Shown here: piece by piece, positions 1-9,912 of the stretch
Numbering within the stretch: the first letter of the stretch is position 1
Layout of the letters: the number at the start of each line of letters is the position of its first letter
From: a virus
Length of the DNA stretch: 64,000 nucleotides
Strand: one strand, 5' to 3'
IMG/VR virus record: IMGVR_UViG_3300047445_000153
Span: 1-64,000 of that record
Notes under the pieces: model-generated
Told to the model about the DNA's origin: nothing
Database searches by the model: none
What the model saw: only the letters and a program-made list of their open reading frames with translations
Translations under genes and position numbers: made by a program

Positions 1-242
1 ATCAGACGAACAAAACGCAACTAAAAGTCAGCCTGCGGTTACGCCTCGTACCAAATTCCGCTTTTCGTAACGCATCTCTCCATGCGTAACCGCCCCCGCG
101 CCCCCTCCACCGCCCACATTCCCCCCCCACTCTGTGCGCAAGCGCACCAACTCCCACCAATTCTAACCACACGCGACGGAGCTGTCCTACAAAACGCACC
201 GAAACGCACCCCCGTGCACTTTACATAACGACCACCGATACA

Positions 243-722
243 CTACACACTCCATACGGACCCTTTCAGTCGGGCACCCCACTTATCCGCCAACTGCACC
301 AGCGCACTGCGCGCCCGCTCCTGCGCCTGTTGGTCCGCTACCACACCCTTCTGCCGCTTCTGCGTCAGCCGCCGCTCCACATGCGTGCTGTAGGTAACGG
401 GCGCGGGAGCGGGAGCGTCGAGCTGCGCCCAGTCCGGCAACTCCTCGGGGCGCACGTCGCCGCGGGCCACGGCCCGGTGCAGCATCGCGATCTGCGCCTG
501 ACGCTGCGCCGCCAGCCGCTGGCGCTCGTCCTGCACCTGGGCGGCATGCTGATAGACCCCTTCGATCCCGTGCGACACCGCCTTCGAGTACTCCGAGCAG
601 GTCGGATCTTCGTCGCGCGTGGCTTTGCCGCCACCTTTGCGCCAGTGACCGGGCGCCCGAGCATTACCGAGAAACCCTAGCTCTTTGGTATAGAGCAATG
701 CAACGCGCTCTTGCTTGGTCAT
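243..722 (-). CDS. hypothetical protein (start moved to MTKQER)
   Basis: ORF 243..851; AGGAG RBS precedes the ATG at 722; no recognisable motif. Confidence 0.55.
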   Translation of the reverse strand: MTKQERVALLYTKELGFLGNARAPGHWRKGGGKATRDEDPTCSEYSKAVSHGIEGVYQHAAQVQDERQRLAAQRQAQIAMLHRAVARGDVRPEELPDWAQLDAPAPAPVTYSTHVERRLTQKRQKGVVADQQAQERARSALVQLADKWGARLKGSVWSV

Positions 723-916
723 TTGGCTTGTCTCCTGAAAGTGCGACGGTCGAACTTTTCCCAAGTTAATCAAAAAGCGGATTATTGATAACGCTCCCGC
801 TTCACATGCTGCCGCTCGCGCAATGGGCTGACGCGAGACGCACGCCCACACGCAGGCGCATTCACCGCGTATAAAGCCGGTGATTAAAGGGGCGCCCTTA
901 TAGCGGCGCGCATTTA

Positions 917-944
917 AAGCCGACTGGAGTTAACCAGTCGGCTT
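917..944. terminator. hairpin, possible terminator or operator
   Basis: AAGCCGACTGG-agttaa-CCAGTCGGCTT perfect 11-bp stem with AT-rich flanks. Confidence 0.5.
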
Positions 945-1147
945 AAATCCGCGTCGCGCGGATTACGTACGGGCGAATAACAAGCGCTCCAATCCGGCGA
1001 AAAGCGGCGCGATAACGAGCAGCGCGGGATTGTGACTCACGATAGCGCCAACGATGATAAGCGCAGCAAACGACAGGGAATAACGGGACATGGCGAGTAC
1101 TCCAAAATAGGGGGTTAGCGCGCCGCACGCGGCGCGCGGGATAAGCG

Positions 1148-1951
1148 TTAGGCGGTTGCCTTTTCCTTGCTCTTACGGGTGGACTTAGCCGGGGCGGGCG
1201 TTGCGTCCGGTGCGGGCAGCGCATAGGCCATGATCGTATTGCGCAACGCGTTGGCAAACGCTTCCTTTTCGTCAAACGAAAGCGCTTCAAACGCTGCAAT
1301 CGTGACTTGCGCCAGACGTGCGCCGGTCATGACTTCGGCGTTAGGCGTGGCGTCCACCTTGGGCGCATCCGGGGCGGGCGTGGCGTCCACCTTGGGTGCA
1401 TCCGGGGCGGGCGTGTCGTCCGACGTCGGGACGCTAACCGGTTGACCATCGGCACCCAGCGCGGTACCGGCGGGCGTGGCGGGCGTGGCGGGCGTGGCGG
1501 GTTTCTTACCCTTGGTCTGTGCAAAGTCAAAGTGCGCGAAGAGGGTTTCTTGCGTGTAAATCCCGTTGTCGGAGAAATACGCTTTGACCAACACAATCGA
1601 CTCTTCGATGGTCTTGGCGTCGCACACCGGCAGCAAGTCCAAACCCTTATCCTTCGCCATGCGACAGATCGCGGCCGATTTTTCGGCATAGCGCTTTGCC
1701 GTTGCTTCCGCCCGGTCAATCAACGGTTGGCGCGCGTCAGAATCGAGCGCGTCCCATTGCGTACCTGCACGCGCGGCCGCAATGGCACTTTTCAAACGCG
1801 AGATTTGCGACTTTGCGAAGCCGTGCGACTCATACCCGCCGACACGCGCGAAACCTGCGACGACTGACGCATAAGCATGCGCAACGCCCAATTCGCCATT
1901 CACGACATTGGCACCAATAACCGTTGCATCTTCAATCGAGATAACCGCCAT
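1148..1951 (-). CDS. hypothetical protein with Pro/Ala/Thr-rich linker
   Basis: 267-aa ORF, AAGGGG upstream; PATPATPATPA and tandem TPAPDAPKVDA repeats; basic C-terminus. Confidence 0.7.
   Translation of the reverse strand: MAVISIEDATVIGANVVNGELGVAHAYASVVAGFARVGGYESHGFAKSQISRLKSAIAAARAGTQWDALDSDARQPLIDRAEATAKRYAEKSAAICRMAKDKGLDLLPVCDAKTIEESIVLVKAYFSDNGIYTQETLFAHFDFAQTKGKKPATPATPATPAGTALGADGQPVSVPTSDDTPAPDAPKVDATPAPDAPKVDATPNAEVMTGARLAQVTIAAFEALSFDEKEAFANALRNTIMAYALPAPDATPAPAKSTRKSKEKATA
1344..1409. repeat. 33-bp tandem duplication in coding sequence
   Basis: GGCGTGGCGTCCACCTTGGG(C/T)GCATCCGGGGCG twice. Confidence 0.85.
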
Positions 1952-2003
1952 GATAAAACCCCTTTTTTCCGATTGGCGCCCTATTGCGCCGATTTGACTG
2001 ATT

Positions 2004-2059
2004 AGTGCGACTGTCGCACTTAATCCCGTTTGCGTAATAAGTGCGACTGTCGCACTTAT
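2004..2059. promoter_or_regulatory. two copies of a palindromic operator-like site
   Basis: AGTGCGAC-T-GTCGCACT at 2004-2020 and ATAAGTGCGAC-T-GTCGCACTTAT at 2037-2059, centres 36 bp apart. Confidence 0.65.
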
Positions 2060-2330
2060 CGCCTAGCCCTCAGAGCGCAAAGCGTGGACGCATCTCTCCC
2101 GAAGCCCAGACGCGTAACGCGTAGGCGAGCGCCCCCCTTTGCCCTCCGCCCCCGTTGCGCGGGGACCCTGCAACCCTCCTTTCATTAGATTAGATACAGG
2201 ATACCACACTTTTTACCGTCATTTTTACTGATTTTGGCGAGCATGGGCGGGAGGTTGCTGTGAATTTTTGAGATTTTCGAACTAGGGTATGTTATAGTCT
2301 GGGCTGTCACCTACCTACCCGAGCCAGACC

Positions 2331-2888
2331 ATGAAAAAACCACCCTTCACCCGTAACCAGCTGACCGTGGAGCTGGCCCGAGAATGGTTCGCCTACGACC
2401 CGGTCGAAGGCTGCGTGATCCGCATCAAGAACCCCGCCAGGGGGCTGAAGGTGGCCGGTCAGAAGGCCGCGAACTACCACCCCCCCACCAACACCATGAA
2501 ACTGACGTTCAGGGGCCTCACGATCTCTGAGCACCACATGGTCTGGGCACTGTGCAGGGGCTATTGGTCGCCTCATGCCCTAAGACACAGGGACGACAAC
2601 CGGCGAAATAACCACATTGAGAATCTGGTTGAGATGACCAACGCCTCAGACAGTTACAACGAGTTACAAACCGAGTCGAGTCCCGAGACTGGCACTTGGT
2701 CCGGGGTCGTCAAAAGTCCGACAGGAAGCTATAAGGCTCAGATTTTTAGGGGAAAGATGTACCACCTGGGAACTTTTAAGACCCCCGAGGAGGCCCACAT
2801 GGTCTACCTACGAGCCAAACATGTACTGCATAGCCCGCTTAACCGTGGAATTCCCACCGAGGAACTATTGGCCCAGGTACTTAAGTAA
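2331..2888 (+). CDS. HNH homing endonuclease with C-terminal AP2-like DNA-binding domain
   Basis: HRDDNRRNNHIENL HNH motif; GVVKSPTGSYKAQI..YHLGTFKTPEEAH AP2-like motif. Confidence 0.85.
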   Translation: MKKPPFTRNQLTVELAREWFAYDPVEGCVIRIKNPARGLKVAGQKAANYHPPTNTMKLTFRGLTISEHHMVWALCRGYWSPHALRHRDDNRRNNHIENLVEMTNASDSYNELQTESSPETGTWSGVVKSPTGSYKAQIFRGKMYHLGTFKTPEEAHMVYLRAKHVLHSPLNRGIPTEELLAQVLK

Positions 2889-3176
2889 GAGTCTGGGGGC
2901 AGATTGGAATGATCGGAGGAACTTGAAGCAACTTCTAGACTGTCTCCCAACCTTTTTTGGGAGGCTCAAGTGTTGGTTTGCAGACAAATTAACAAATTTG
3001 ACAATCTTGAGAGTTGCACAGTGACAGTTGAGTCTGTATATTTCGTTCATTGCTTCGCGATCTGTGGTGGTGAGTGAAGCGCAGCGAGGCTCCATGAGTC
3101 TCCTGTACTAGATGATTGGGTGGCCAGCTCAATCATCGACCCCAGACATGGGGATGTTTCGATCCAGCAGTGCCTG

Positions 3177-3215
3177 AAACCCCTACGACCAGCTATCGTA
3201 GGGGTTTTCCTTTTT
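3177..3215. terminator. intrinsic terminator, probably bidirectional
   Basis: AAACCCCTACGA-ccagcta-TCGTAGGGGTTT followed by a T-run, between convergent HNH and primase genes. Confidence 0.75.
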
Positions 3216-3254
3216 AGAGTTAGTAATCGTTCTCTTTGTTGAAGATTTGTAGCG

Positions 3255-5774
3255 CTAGACGGTGCTCAGCTTCTCGCCAGAAGGGGCTATTGGGGTACTC
3301 GACGACCCCGTCACGCCCACAAGTGTGAGATTTTCGTAGTTGACCTCCTGGCCCCCCATCTCCGTGCCTCTGATTAAAAGCTTGAATCCGAACTCGGTAG
3401 CCAGCTCCCTCATCTTTGCTCTGAACTGAGTCGATCCAACAGGCTTGGCACTGCCCGGTCCGACGCAGAAGGACCAATATGCTTGATAAAGTTTCAGCTC
3501 CGGAACGCAGGTGGGGGTCGAAGTCTTGGACCCAGCGGATGACTGACTTTGGAGAGGGGCGATCCGCACCTTGCCACTCTCCATGAGAAAAAAACGTACG
3601 CTGTTATTCAAATTCGCGACTTCACGCATCGTCTGGGTATGGGACTCGGGGAGCGTGTACTCATTATTTACCCGCAGCCGCAGCATCGATTGCACCGCCC
3701 AAGCGACGATTGCCTCGCGTTCCTCGACCACGATCGTGTCGCCCAGGTCAAGCCGCCGCTCCGATGCCTTCACCGGCCGGTTGAACTGGAGCACCAGCCA
3801 TCGCCGGTTGAAGCCCTCCGACGTGTCCTCCGTCTTCGGGTAGTGGTTGCTCGCGAACCAGTGCGTGCAGACGGGACTGAACCGGAAGATCTGGCCACCC
3901 TTCAGCTGCCCGCTCATCTCCGCGCCGTCGATGATGTCCTTGAACCGCTGGCCATCAACCAGCTTCTTTTCCGACAGCTCACCGGCCACGTTGATGATCT
4001 TCTCGAACATCTGCGTCGGCAGGAACTTGTCGCTCCACTCATTAGGGGGCGTCGCAGCCCGAGCTGAGTCCGGCACCAGCGCCTGAGCCACCCGCAACAG
4101 CTGGCTTTTCCCGGATTTCGGGGCGCCTTGCAGCAAAATCGCCCGTTGATACCTCGGCCCAAGCCCGAAAAGCGTCACCGCGAGGGCTTCCTGAAGCGCC
4201 ATGATCTTGGCTTCACAGTCCTCGTCCTCACCCCAGCTCTTGCGCAAAAACTCGAAAAACAGCGTCGATTTGCCCGCTAACTCGGGCATATACCGGAACG
4301 GCAGCGTGTACGTCATGCCGTAGCCGGGGTCGTGAGGCAGCAACTTCAGCTCTTCGGTCAGGAACCCATTGGCGAAGTTCACGCCCTTCACGTCGAGCGT
4401 CTTGATGCCTTGGGTCATCAGCATCTTCATGACGCTATAAACGCCCTTGAGGTCGTTGAACTTCTTGCACGCAGCCAGATGGCCATAGTCCGCGCTGATC
4501 CTCGACAGGACATACTGGTCCTCGACCTTCTCCCAGTTCGACCCCGCCCACTTCCAGACGAAGCCGTTGTGTGAGCGGATGGCATACAGCTGCTCCAGGT
4601 CCTTGATCACCGCCCGCGCGACCTCCGACTGGTCCTGGCCCTTGATGTCGCCCATGCGCAGCTCTTTGACGCGCGCCTTGAGCGTCGACACCCGCACCCC
4701 CATACCCCCCGCGAGCCCGATGAACTCAAGCAGGCGGTCCTCTTCGAGCTTGTTCAGGCTCGACGTGGTGGCCAGCTTCTGCAACGCCTTGTCGATCGAT
4801 GCCGCGCGCTGCGGGCTCTCCTTCGGAAACCGCTCGAACTCATCGATCAGGAACTGCTTCAAGTCCTCGAACGTGGACTCTTCCTGCTCCTTCGAAAACT
4901 CAAGACCGTACGCGACCTTCTCATCATTAGTCAGCCCCTCGTCCCACCCGGTCGGCAGCACCTTCTGCTTCTCGAATACGTCCCGGTGCAGGAACTTCAG
5001 CATGTTGCGCACGTGCTTGTCGACATCGATCGGGTCCCCCGCGACGTTCTCGACGAAGTCCGCGGCATAGGCCTGAAGCATGCCGATCGCCTCCTTGACC
5101 GACCGGTCACCGCGCATCACCGCGTAGGCGAAGAGTCCTGCCCGCTCGGTCAGCGACGTGTCGCGCGAGCCCGCCGAGGCGTAGTCCACCACCCGCGTCC
5201 AACCGCTGTGCGACAGCTCGACCCCCGCGCTGGTGAGCGCTGCGCGCAAGATCGCCTCGATGTTCTCGTCGAGCGGCACGAGGTTACGGTGAACATCGAC
5301 CAGCTCGCAGTTGGCCAGATACGGCATCTGCGTATCCGGGTGGATCGACGGCGGCAGCACCGATTGCGTACGTGCCGACAGCATTTCGCAGATCGTCTCA
5401 CCGCTGGTATTCTTGATCCGGAAGGTCTTCAGGCCCGAGTAGCGGTAGGCGAGCATGAAGCCCTTCTTGCCAACGCGCTTCCAGGGTGACGGCGGCAGGA
5501 TCTGCTCGATCAGGTTGATCAGCCGGACATCCTCCGTGTCGATGTCGATCATGCAGATGCCTGACTGCGGCCCGAGCACGATGCCGATGTTGCCGTCGCG
5601 GCACGACTCGATCCACTGGATCTGTTGCTCGGGCTCGACCGGATGATCGAAATAGCGCGACCAGTCGTTCGGGATGGGACGCTTTTCCAAGGGAAAAAGC
5701 GGGATGACAGGCAGGCCCGCTGCGTAGTAGCGTGGCGCTGTCTGTGCGAAAATAGGTTGACGTTCTGGTCTCAT
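3255..5774 (-). CDS. primase-polymerase / SF3 (D5-like) helicase fusion
   Basis: N-terminal Prim-Pol (GLPVIPL..KRP, NIGIVLG..IDID, SVLPPSIHP); NFANG D5_N motif; Walker A GAPKSGKS; FASN..GFNRRW. Confidence 0.9.
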   Translation of the reverse strand: MRPERQPIFAQTAPRYYAAGLPVIPLFPLEKRPIPNDWSRYFDHPVEPEQQIQWIESCRDGNIGIVLGPQSGICMIDIDTEDVRLINLIEQILPPSPWKRVGKKGFMLAYRYSGLKTFRIKNTSGETICEMLSARTQSVLPPSIHPDTQMPYLANCELVDVHRNLVPLDENIEAILRAALTSAGVELSHSGWTRVVDYASAGSRDTSLTERAGLFAYAVMRGDRSVKEAIGMLQAYAADFVENVAGDPIDVDKHVRNMLKFLHRDVFEKQKVLPTGWDEGLTNDEKVAYGLEFSKEQEESTFEDLKQFLIDEFERFPKESPQRAASIDKALQKLATTSSLNKLEEDRLLEFIGLAGGMGVRVSTLKARVKELRMGDIKGQDQSEVARAVIKDLEQLYAIRSHNGFVWKWAGSNWEKVEDQYVLSRISADYGHLAACKKFNDLKGVYSVMKMLMTQGIKTLDVKGVNFANGFLTEELKLLPHDPGYGMTYTLPFRYMPELAGKSTLFFEFLRKSWGEDEDCEAKIMALQEALAVTLFGLGPRYQRAILLQGAPKSGKSQLLRVAQALVPDSARAATPPNEWSDKFLPTQMFEKIINVAGELSEKKLVDGQRFKDIIDGAEMSGQLKGGQIFRFSPVCTHWFASNHYPKTEDTSEGFNRRWLVLQFNRPVKASERRLDLGDTIVVEEREAIVAWAVQSMLRLRVNNEYTLPESHTQTMREVANLNNSVRFFLMESGKVRIAPLQSQSSAGSKTSTPTCVPELKLYQAYWSFCVGPGSAKPVGSTQFRAKMRELATEFGFKLLIRGTEMGGQEVNYENLTLVGVTGSSSTPIAPSGEKLSTV

Positions 5775-6316
5775 GTTGACTCTTCTGTGGTGGTGATAGG
5801 TGCGCTATCGTCAAGAGCTAGTTGACGGGCCAGAGCGCCCCTAAGTCGATCCATAACCTCGGTACGCTGGGCGGGGCTCAGCGTGTCCTCCATTACTGTG
5901 AGCACGGTGTCTTGAAAGTCCTTGACCTGCTTGACCCCCATCGCCCGCTCACGAGCTGTCACAAGTCGTTCTAGAAGACTGGTCGCGGTGCGGAAGTACG
6001 CCATTTTCTCCGCTTGATCAGACTTCCCGATGGTCTTACCGTAGTTCTTCAACTCTTGAAACACCGCGTACAGGTCTTCAGCCAGCGTGCTATCGATCTC
6101 ATCCTCTGAAATCGGAATTGACTTCTCTCCCCCCTCCGTATCCTCACTCGTGTCCAGCCTCATCCAGATCGAGTCCTGGATCAACTTCTTGAGCGCATCG
6201 TCGTAAGGACAATCCGGACTCTTAAGGTAGTCGCTGTTTTCACGGGCCAGCGTGACGACAGTCTTGAAAGCCCACTGGGCATGCTCAGTCAGCTCGGGGT
6301 AGTGGTAGTCGCTCAT
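5771..6316 (-). CDS. helical phage protein, possible terminase small subunit
   Basis: GGAGG RBS before MSDYHY; adjacent to but divergent from the large terminase; function inferred from position only. Confidence 0.5.
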   Translation of the reverse strand: MSDYHYPELTEHAQWAFKTVVTLARENSDYLKSPDCPYDDALKKLIQDSIWMRLDTSEDTEGGEKSIPISEDEIDSTLAEDLYAVFQELKNYGKTIGKSDQAEKMAYFRTATSLLERLVTARERAMGVKQVKDFQDTVLTVMEDTLSPAQRTEVMDRLRGALARQLALDDSAPITTTEEST

Positions 6317-6492
6317 TGGTTCCTCCGTCGAGGAGTGCAAAGATAGCGCGGGTTGGAAAACATAAAAACAAAAATCAGCGCAACTATCAGATAAATCCCC
6401 GAAACTATCGTCTAGTCGTGTAGGAATTCAGTTTTCCTTTGTGTTGCAGGGACGCCTCATTGAGAATAGCGCCTGTTCCAAGGCCCGCCTCA

Positions 6493-8277
6493 ATGAGCAA
6501 CCCGTACCTCCAATCACTCCTCGATCGCGCTGCAAGTCGCTGGTCTACTGACCGAGCGGCGATGACCTATGGGGACTGGATGTGCGCGAACACGCACCTT
6601 GCCGACCGGCCCTTCAGCTTCAAGCGCTACCCGTTCCAGAAGCAGATCGCGGACGACATGCACCCGAACATGGACGTGATCAAGCCGTCTCAGGTCGGGC
6701 TGACCGAGCTTCAGATCCGCAAGGTGCTGGCCTTCATCGCCCGCAATCGTGGTGTGTCGGTGATCTACACGCTGCCCGACGAGAACATGATGCTGCGGAT
6801 CGCAGCAGGCCGGATCCGCCCGATCGTCGACGAGGAGAAGGTCTTCAACTTGGAGTCCATCGGCAGTGGCAAGCCCACCCGCACGAAGGAGATGATCCAG
6901 GTCGGCAAGAGCTTCCTCTACGTGACTGCGGCGGGCGAAGGCGCTGCGACCTCGATCTCAGCTGACATGGTCGTCAACGACGAAGTGGACTTGACCGATC
7001 AGGCGATCCTCGCGCTCTTCGGCTCGCGCTTGCAGGGCTCCGACTACCGGATCGCACACCGCTTCTCGACCCCGACGTTCGAGGACTTTGGCATCGACCA
7101 GACGTTCAGGGTGAGCGATCAGCACCAGTACCTGCTGAAGTGCCCGCACTGCAACCACTGGCAGCTGCCCGACTTCAACAAGACGTTCGTGCAGCTCCCC
7201 GGCCTCGGTGACCTCGAATTCGAGGAGATCGACCAGTCGATGATTGACTCAGGCCGTATCGACCTCGACCTCGCGACGGTCAACTGCGAGCACTGCGGCG
7301 GGCTGCTGGACCTCGGCGACCACGAGCGGCGTGAGTGGGTCGCGAAGTTCCCGAACCGCAAGCACGCGCGCGGCTATCAGGTCCTCCCCTTCTCGACCGA
7401 ACGGCTGGGTCCGAAGTACGTTATCACCGAGCTGTTCAAGTACAAGCGCAAGGACTTCATCCGAGGCTGGTACAACACCGTGCTCGGTCGCCCGCACACA
7501 GGCGGCGACCAGCGCCTGTCGGACGCAGACATCAACGCGTGCTTCACCGAGAACGTGCTCAAGCAGCCCCCGCTCATCGGCCTGCCCGCGTGGATCGGCG
7601 TTGACATGGGCCAGACCTGCCACATCGTGGTCGGCCAGGGCTACGACGTCAGCTCGATGCACGTGCGCGAGTTCATCGCGGTGCCGGTCGGCCAGCTGCT
7701 CACCGAGCTGGTGCGGATCTGCGACGAATACCGGGTCGTAGGCGGCTCCTGTGACCGCCACCCGTACACGCCGACCTCTGAGGCCGCGCGTGACGTCACG
7801 TACCGGCGCGTGCTGCCGAACGAGTACCGGGGCGCGAAGGAAATCAATCTCATCAAGGACCCGGCTGGCGACATCCTCTACATGCAGTCGAACCGGACGA
7901 TGTTGCTCGACGAGGTCGCGCGAGCGGTGCGTCTGCGCCGGATCAAGTTCTCGGGCTACGGCACGCAGAAGTCCGTGATCGCTGAGCACCTGAAGGACAT
8001 GGTCCGTAACGAGGAGCCCGAGAAGGAAGCGGAGTGGAAGAAGTTGAACGGCAACGACCACTACTTCCACGCGATGGGCTTCATGCTGAGCGCGGTCAAG
8101 CTGCACACGACCAACGCCTCCATCCTGATGAGCACCGAAGTGCGCAGTGTCATTGCCATTGCGGGTGCTGACATGGGCATCAACCGGACGCCAGGACTGG
8201 TGCAGCAGGTTAAACCCGGTGACAACAACCTAAGAAAGCTCTATGGCCACTCCCAAAGCAGCATCTTCCACTTCTAA
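6493..8277 (+). CDS. terL: terminase large subunit (GpA-like)
   Basis: YPFQ motif, Walker A KPSQVGLTE, Walker B VVNDEVD, FSTPT, CPHC/CEHC Zn motif, nuclease GVDMG and NDHYFHA. Confidence 0.9.
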   Translation: MSNPYLQSLLDRAASRWSTDRAAMTYGDWMCANTHLADRPFSFKRYPFQKQIADDMHPNMDVIKPSQVGLTELQIRKVLAFIARNRGVSVIYTLPDENMMLRIAAGRIRPIVDEEKVFNLESIGSGKPTRTKEMIQVGKSFLYVTAAGEGAATSISADMVVNDEVDLTDQAILALFGSRLQGSDYRIAHRFSTPTFEDFGIDQTFRVSDQHQYLLKCPHCNHWQLPDFNKTFVQLPGLGDLEFEEIDQSMIDSGRIDLDLATVNCEHCGGLLDLGDHERREWVAKFPNRKHARGYQVLPFSTERLGPKYVITELFKYKRKDFIRGWYNTVLGRPHTGGDQRLSDADINACFTENVLKQPPLIGLPAWIGVDMGQTCHIVVGQGYDVSSMHVREFIAVPVGQLLTELVRICDEYRVVGGSCDRHPYTPTSEAARDVTYRRVLPNEYRGAKEINLIKDPAGDILYMQSNRTMLLDEVARAVRLRRIKFSGYGTQKSVIAEHLKDMVRNEEPEKEAEWKKLNGNDHYFHAMGFMLSAVKLHTTNASILMSTEVRSVIAIAGADMGINRTPGLVQQVKPGDNNLRKLYGHSQSSIFHF

Positions 8278-9835
8278 GGGCATCGGCGGGGCCATCGGGT
8301 CGGCGCTTGCCATCATCCTGCCACGCACGAAGGGCGCCGGTAAGGGCAAGTCGATGCCGGGGACATTCAACCCGGCCGCGCCCGAGCAGATCCTCACGCT
8401 CCCAACCTATCGTGAGCACCTGACCGACATCTTCGCGACGCGGACGGCCAACGACTCGCGCGCGCTGATCAAACAGCTGTTTGTGCAGGACCCGGACATG
8501 TCGGCTGCGGTCAACGCGTACCTGACGGTGGCCAACACCGATATGGTGCCGGTCGTGCGTGACGTGAACGGCATGATCGACCGCGAGGGGCACAAGCTCC
8601 TGAACGCGGCGATGGAGGCCTACGACACGCGCTTCGACTACTCGAAGGGCTTCGACCTGCGTCCGTCGTTCAAGGAGCTGGCCGAGAACTTCCGCTACAT
8701 GCTACTCGCGAGCGGTACGCTGCCGGTCGAGATGGTGCTCTCCAAGGACTTCGCTCCACAGGAGTTCCGGATGATCGACCCGGTGACGCTGAACTGGAAG
8801 CAGACCCAGCCCGGTGTCTTCAAGCCGATCCAGAAGACGACCGATGGCAACGAAGTCGACTTGAGCATCCCGACGTTCTTCGTCAAGTTCTTCCGTCGCG
8901 ATCCAACCAACCTTTACACGTACTCGCCGTTCGTCTCGACGATCAACACCATCGCCGCGCGACAACAAGTCATCAACGACCTGTATCGCATCATGCAGCT
9001 GACGGGTTATCCCCGTATGGAGATCGTTGTAGTCGAGGAAGTCGTGACTCGTAACGCTCCGCTTGAGATCAAGACGGATCAGGCGAAGCTTCAAGAGTAC
9101 GTGCAGCAGGTTCTCGCCAACATCAGCGCGTCTGTTTCCAACATTCGCCCGGATCAAGCGTTCGTGCACACGGATGCCGCCGAAGTGAAGATGACGAACG
9201 AAAAGAATCCAGGCATGGCACTGGACATTTCGAAGATCATCGACACGCTCAACTCGCAGAACCAAGCGGGTCTGCGGATCATGGGCACGATCATCGGTCG
9301 AGGCAATGCGGGCGTGAACACAGCCTCAGTCGAGGCGCGCATCTTCTCGATGATCGCGGAAGAGCTGAACCAGCCGATCGCTGACCTCTTCTCCGACATG
9401 CTGACGCTGGCCATTCGCCTGCAAGGCTCGCAGTCGTCCGTGAGCGTCAAGTTCCGGCCGGTCGAGCTGCGCCCGATGACCGAACTCGAACCGATGCTCA
9501 CGATGCGTCAAGCGCGCCTGAAGGCTGACTTGTCGCTTGGCATCATCGACGACGACGAGTACCACCTTGAGATGTACGGACGCCTGCGTCCGGACAGTGC
9601 ACCTATCCTCACCGGCACGAACTTCATGCCGGGGACCAACGTGCAGGCTCAGGCCGAGCTGGACATGCAGGCCGCGGCAGCTGCGGCGGGTGACCAGAAC
9701 AACTCGAACAGCAAGACGAGCAAGAGCGATCCGTCGTCCAACGCGAAGAAGGTCACACCCAATTCCGACCCGATGGGCCGCTCGCTTGCACCGAGTGGTT
9801 CGAAGTCCGCACGAAGCAATGGCGTGAAGCCTTAA
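8243..9835 (+). CDS. portal protein
   Basis: 530 aa directly after terL, low-complexity C-terminal tail; synteny. Confidence 0.8.
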   Translation: MATPKAASSTSKGIGGAIGSALAIILPRTKGAGKGKSMPGTFNPAAPEQILTLPTYREHLTDIFATRTANDSRALIKQLFVQDPDMSAAVNAYLTVANTDMVPVVRDVNGMIDREGHKLLNAAMEAYDTRFDYSKGFDLRPSFKELAENFRYMLLASGTLPVEMVLSKDFAPQEFRMIDPVTLNWKQTQPGVFKPIQKTTDGNEVDLSIPTFFVKFFRRDPTNLYTYSPFVSTINTIAARQQVINDLYRIMQLTGYPRMEIVVVEEVVTRNAPLEIKTDQAKLQEYVQQVLANISASVSNIRPDQAFVHTDAAEVKMTNEKNPGMALDISKIIDTLNSQNQAGLRIMGTIIGRGNAGVNTASVEARIFSMIAEELNQPIADLFSDMLTLAIRLQGSQSSVSVKFRPVELRPMTELEPMLTMRQARLKADLSLGIIDDDEYHLEMYGRLRPDSAPILTGTNFMPGTNVQAQAELDMQAAAAAAGDQNNSNSKTSKSDPSSNAKKVTPNSDPMGRSLAPSGSKSARSNGVKP

Positions 9836-9871
9836 AAACTCTTTGACTCTCGTTAAGCCCATCGAAATAAT
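9836..9871 (+). promoter_or_regulatory. putative sigma70-like late promoter
   Basis: A-tract/CTCT, TTGACT-17-AATAAT. Confidence 0.45.
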
Positions 9872-9912
9872 ACGGGCTACTTAAACCGGTCGGTCGCAAA
9901 CGCACCAACGTC

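Noticed and set aside
2865-3095. Small minus-strand ORF after the HNH gene
   Set aside because: Overlaps the HNH end, AT-rich, no motif; not enough support to annotate
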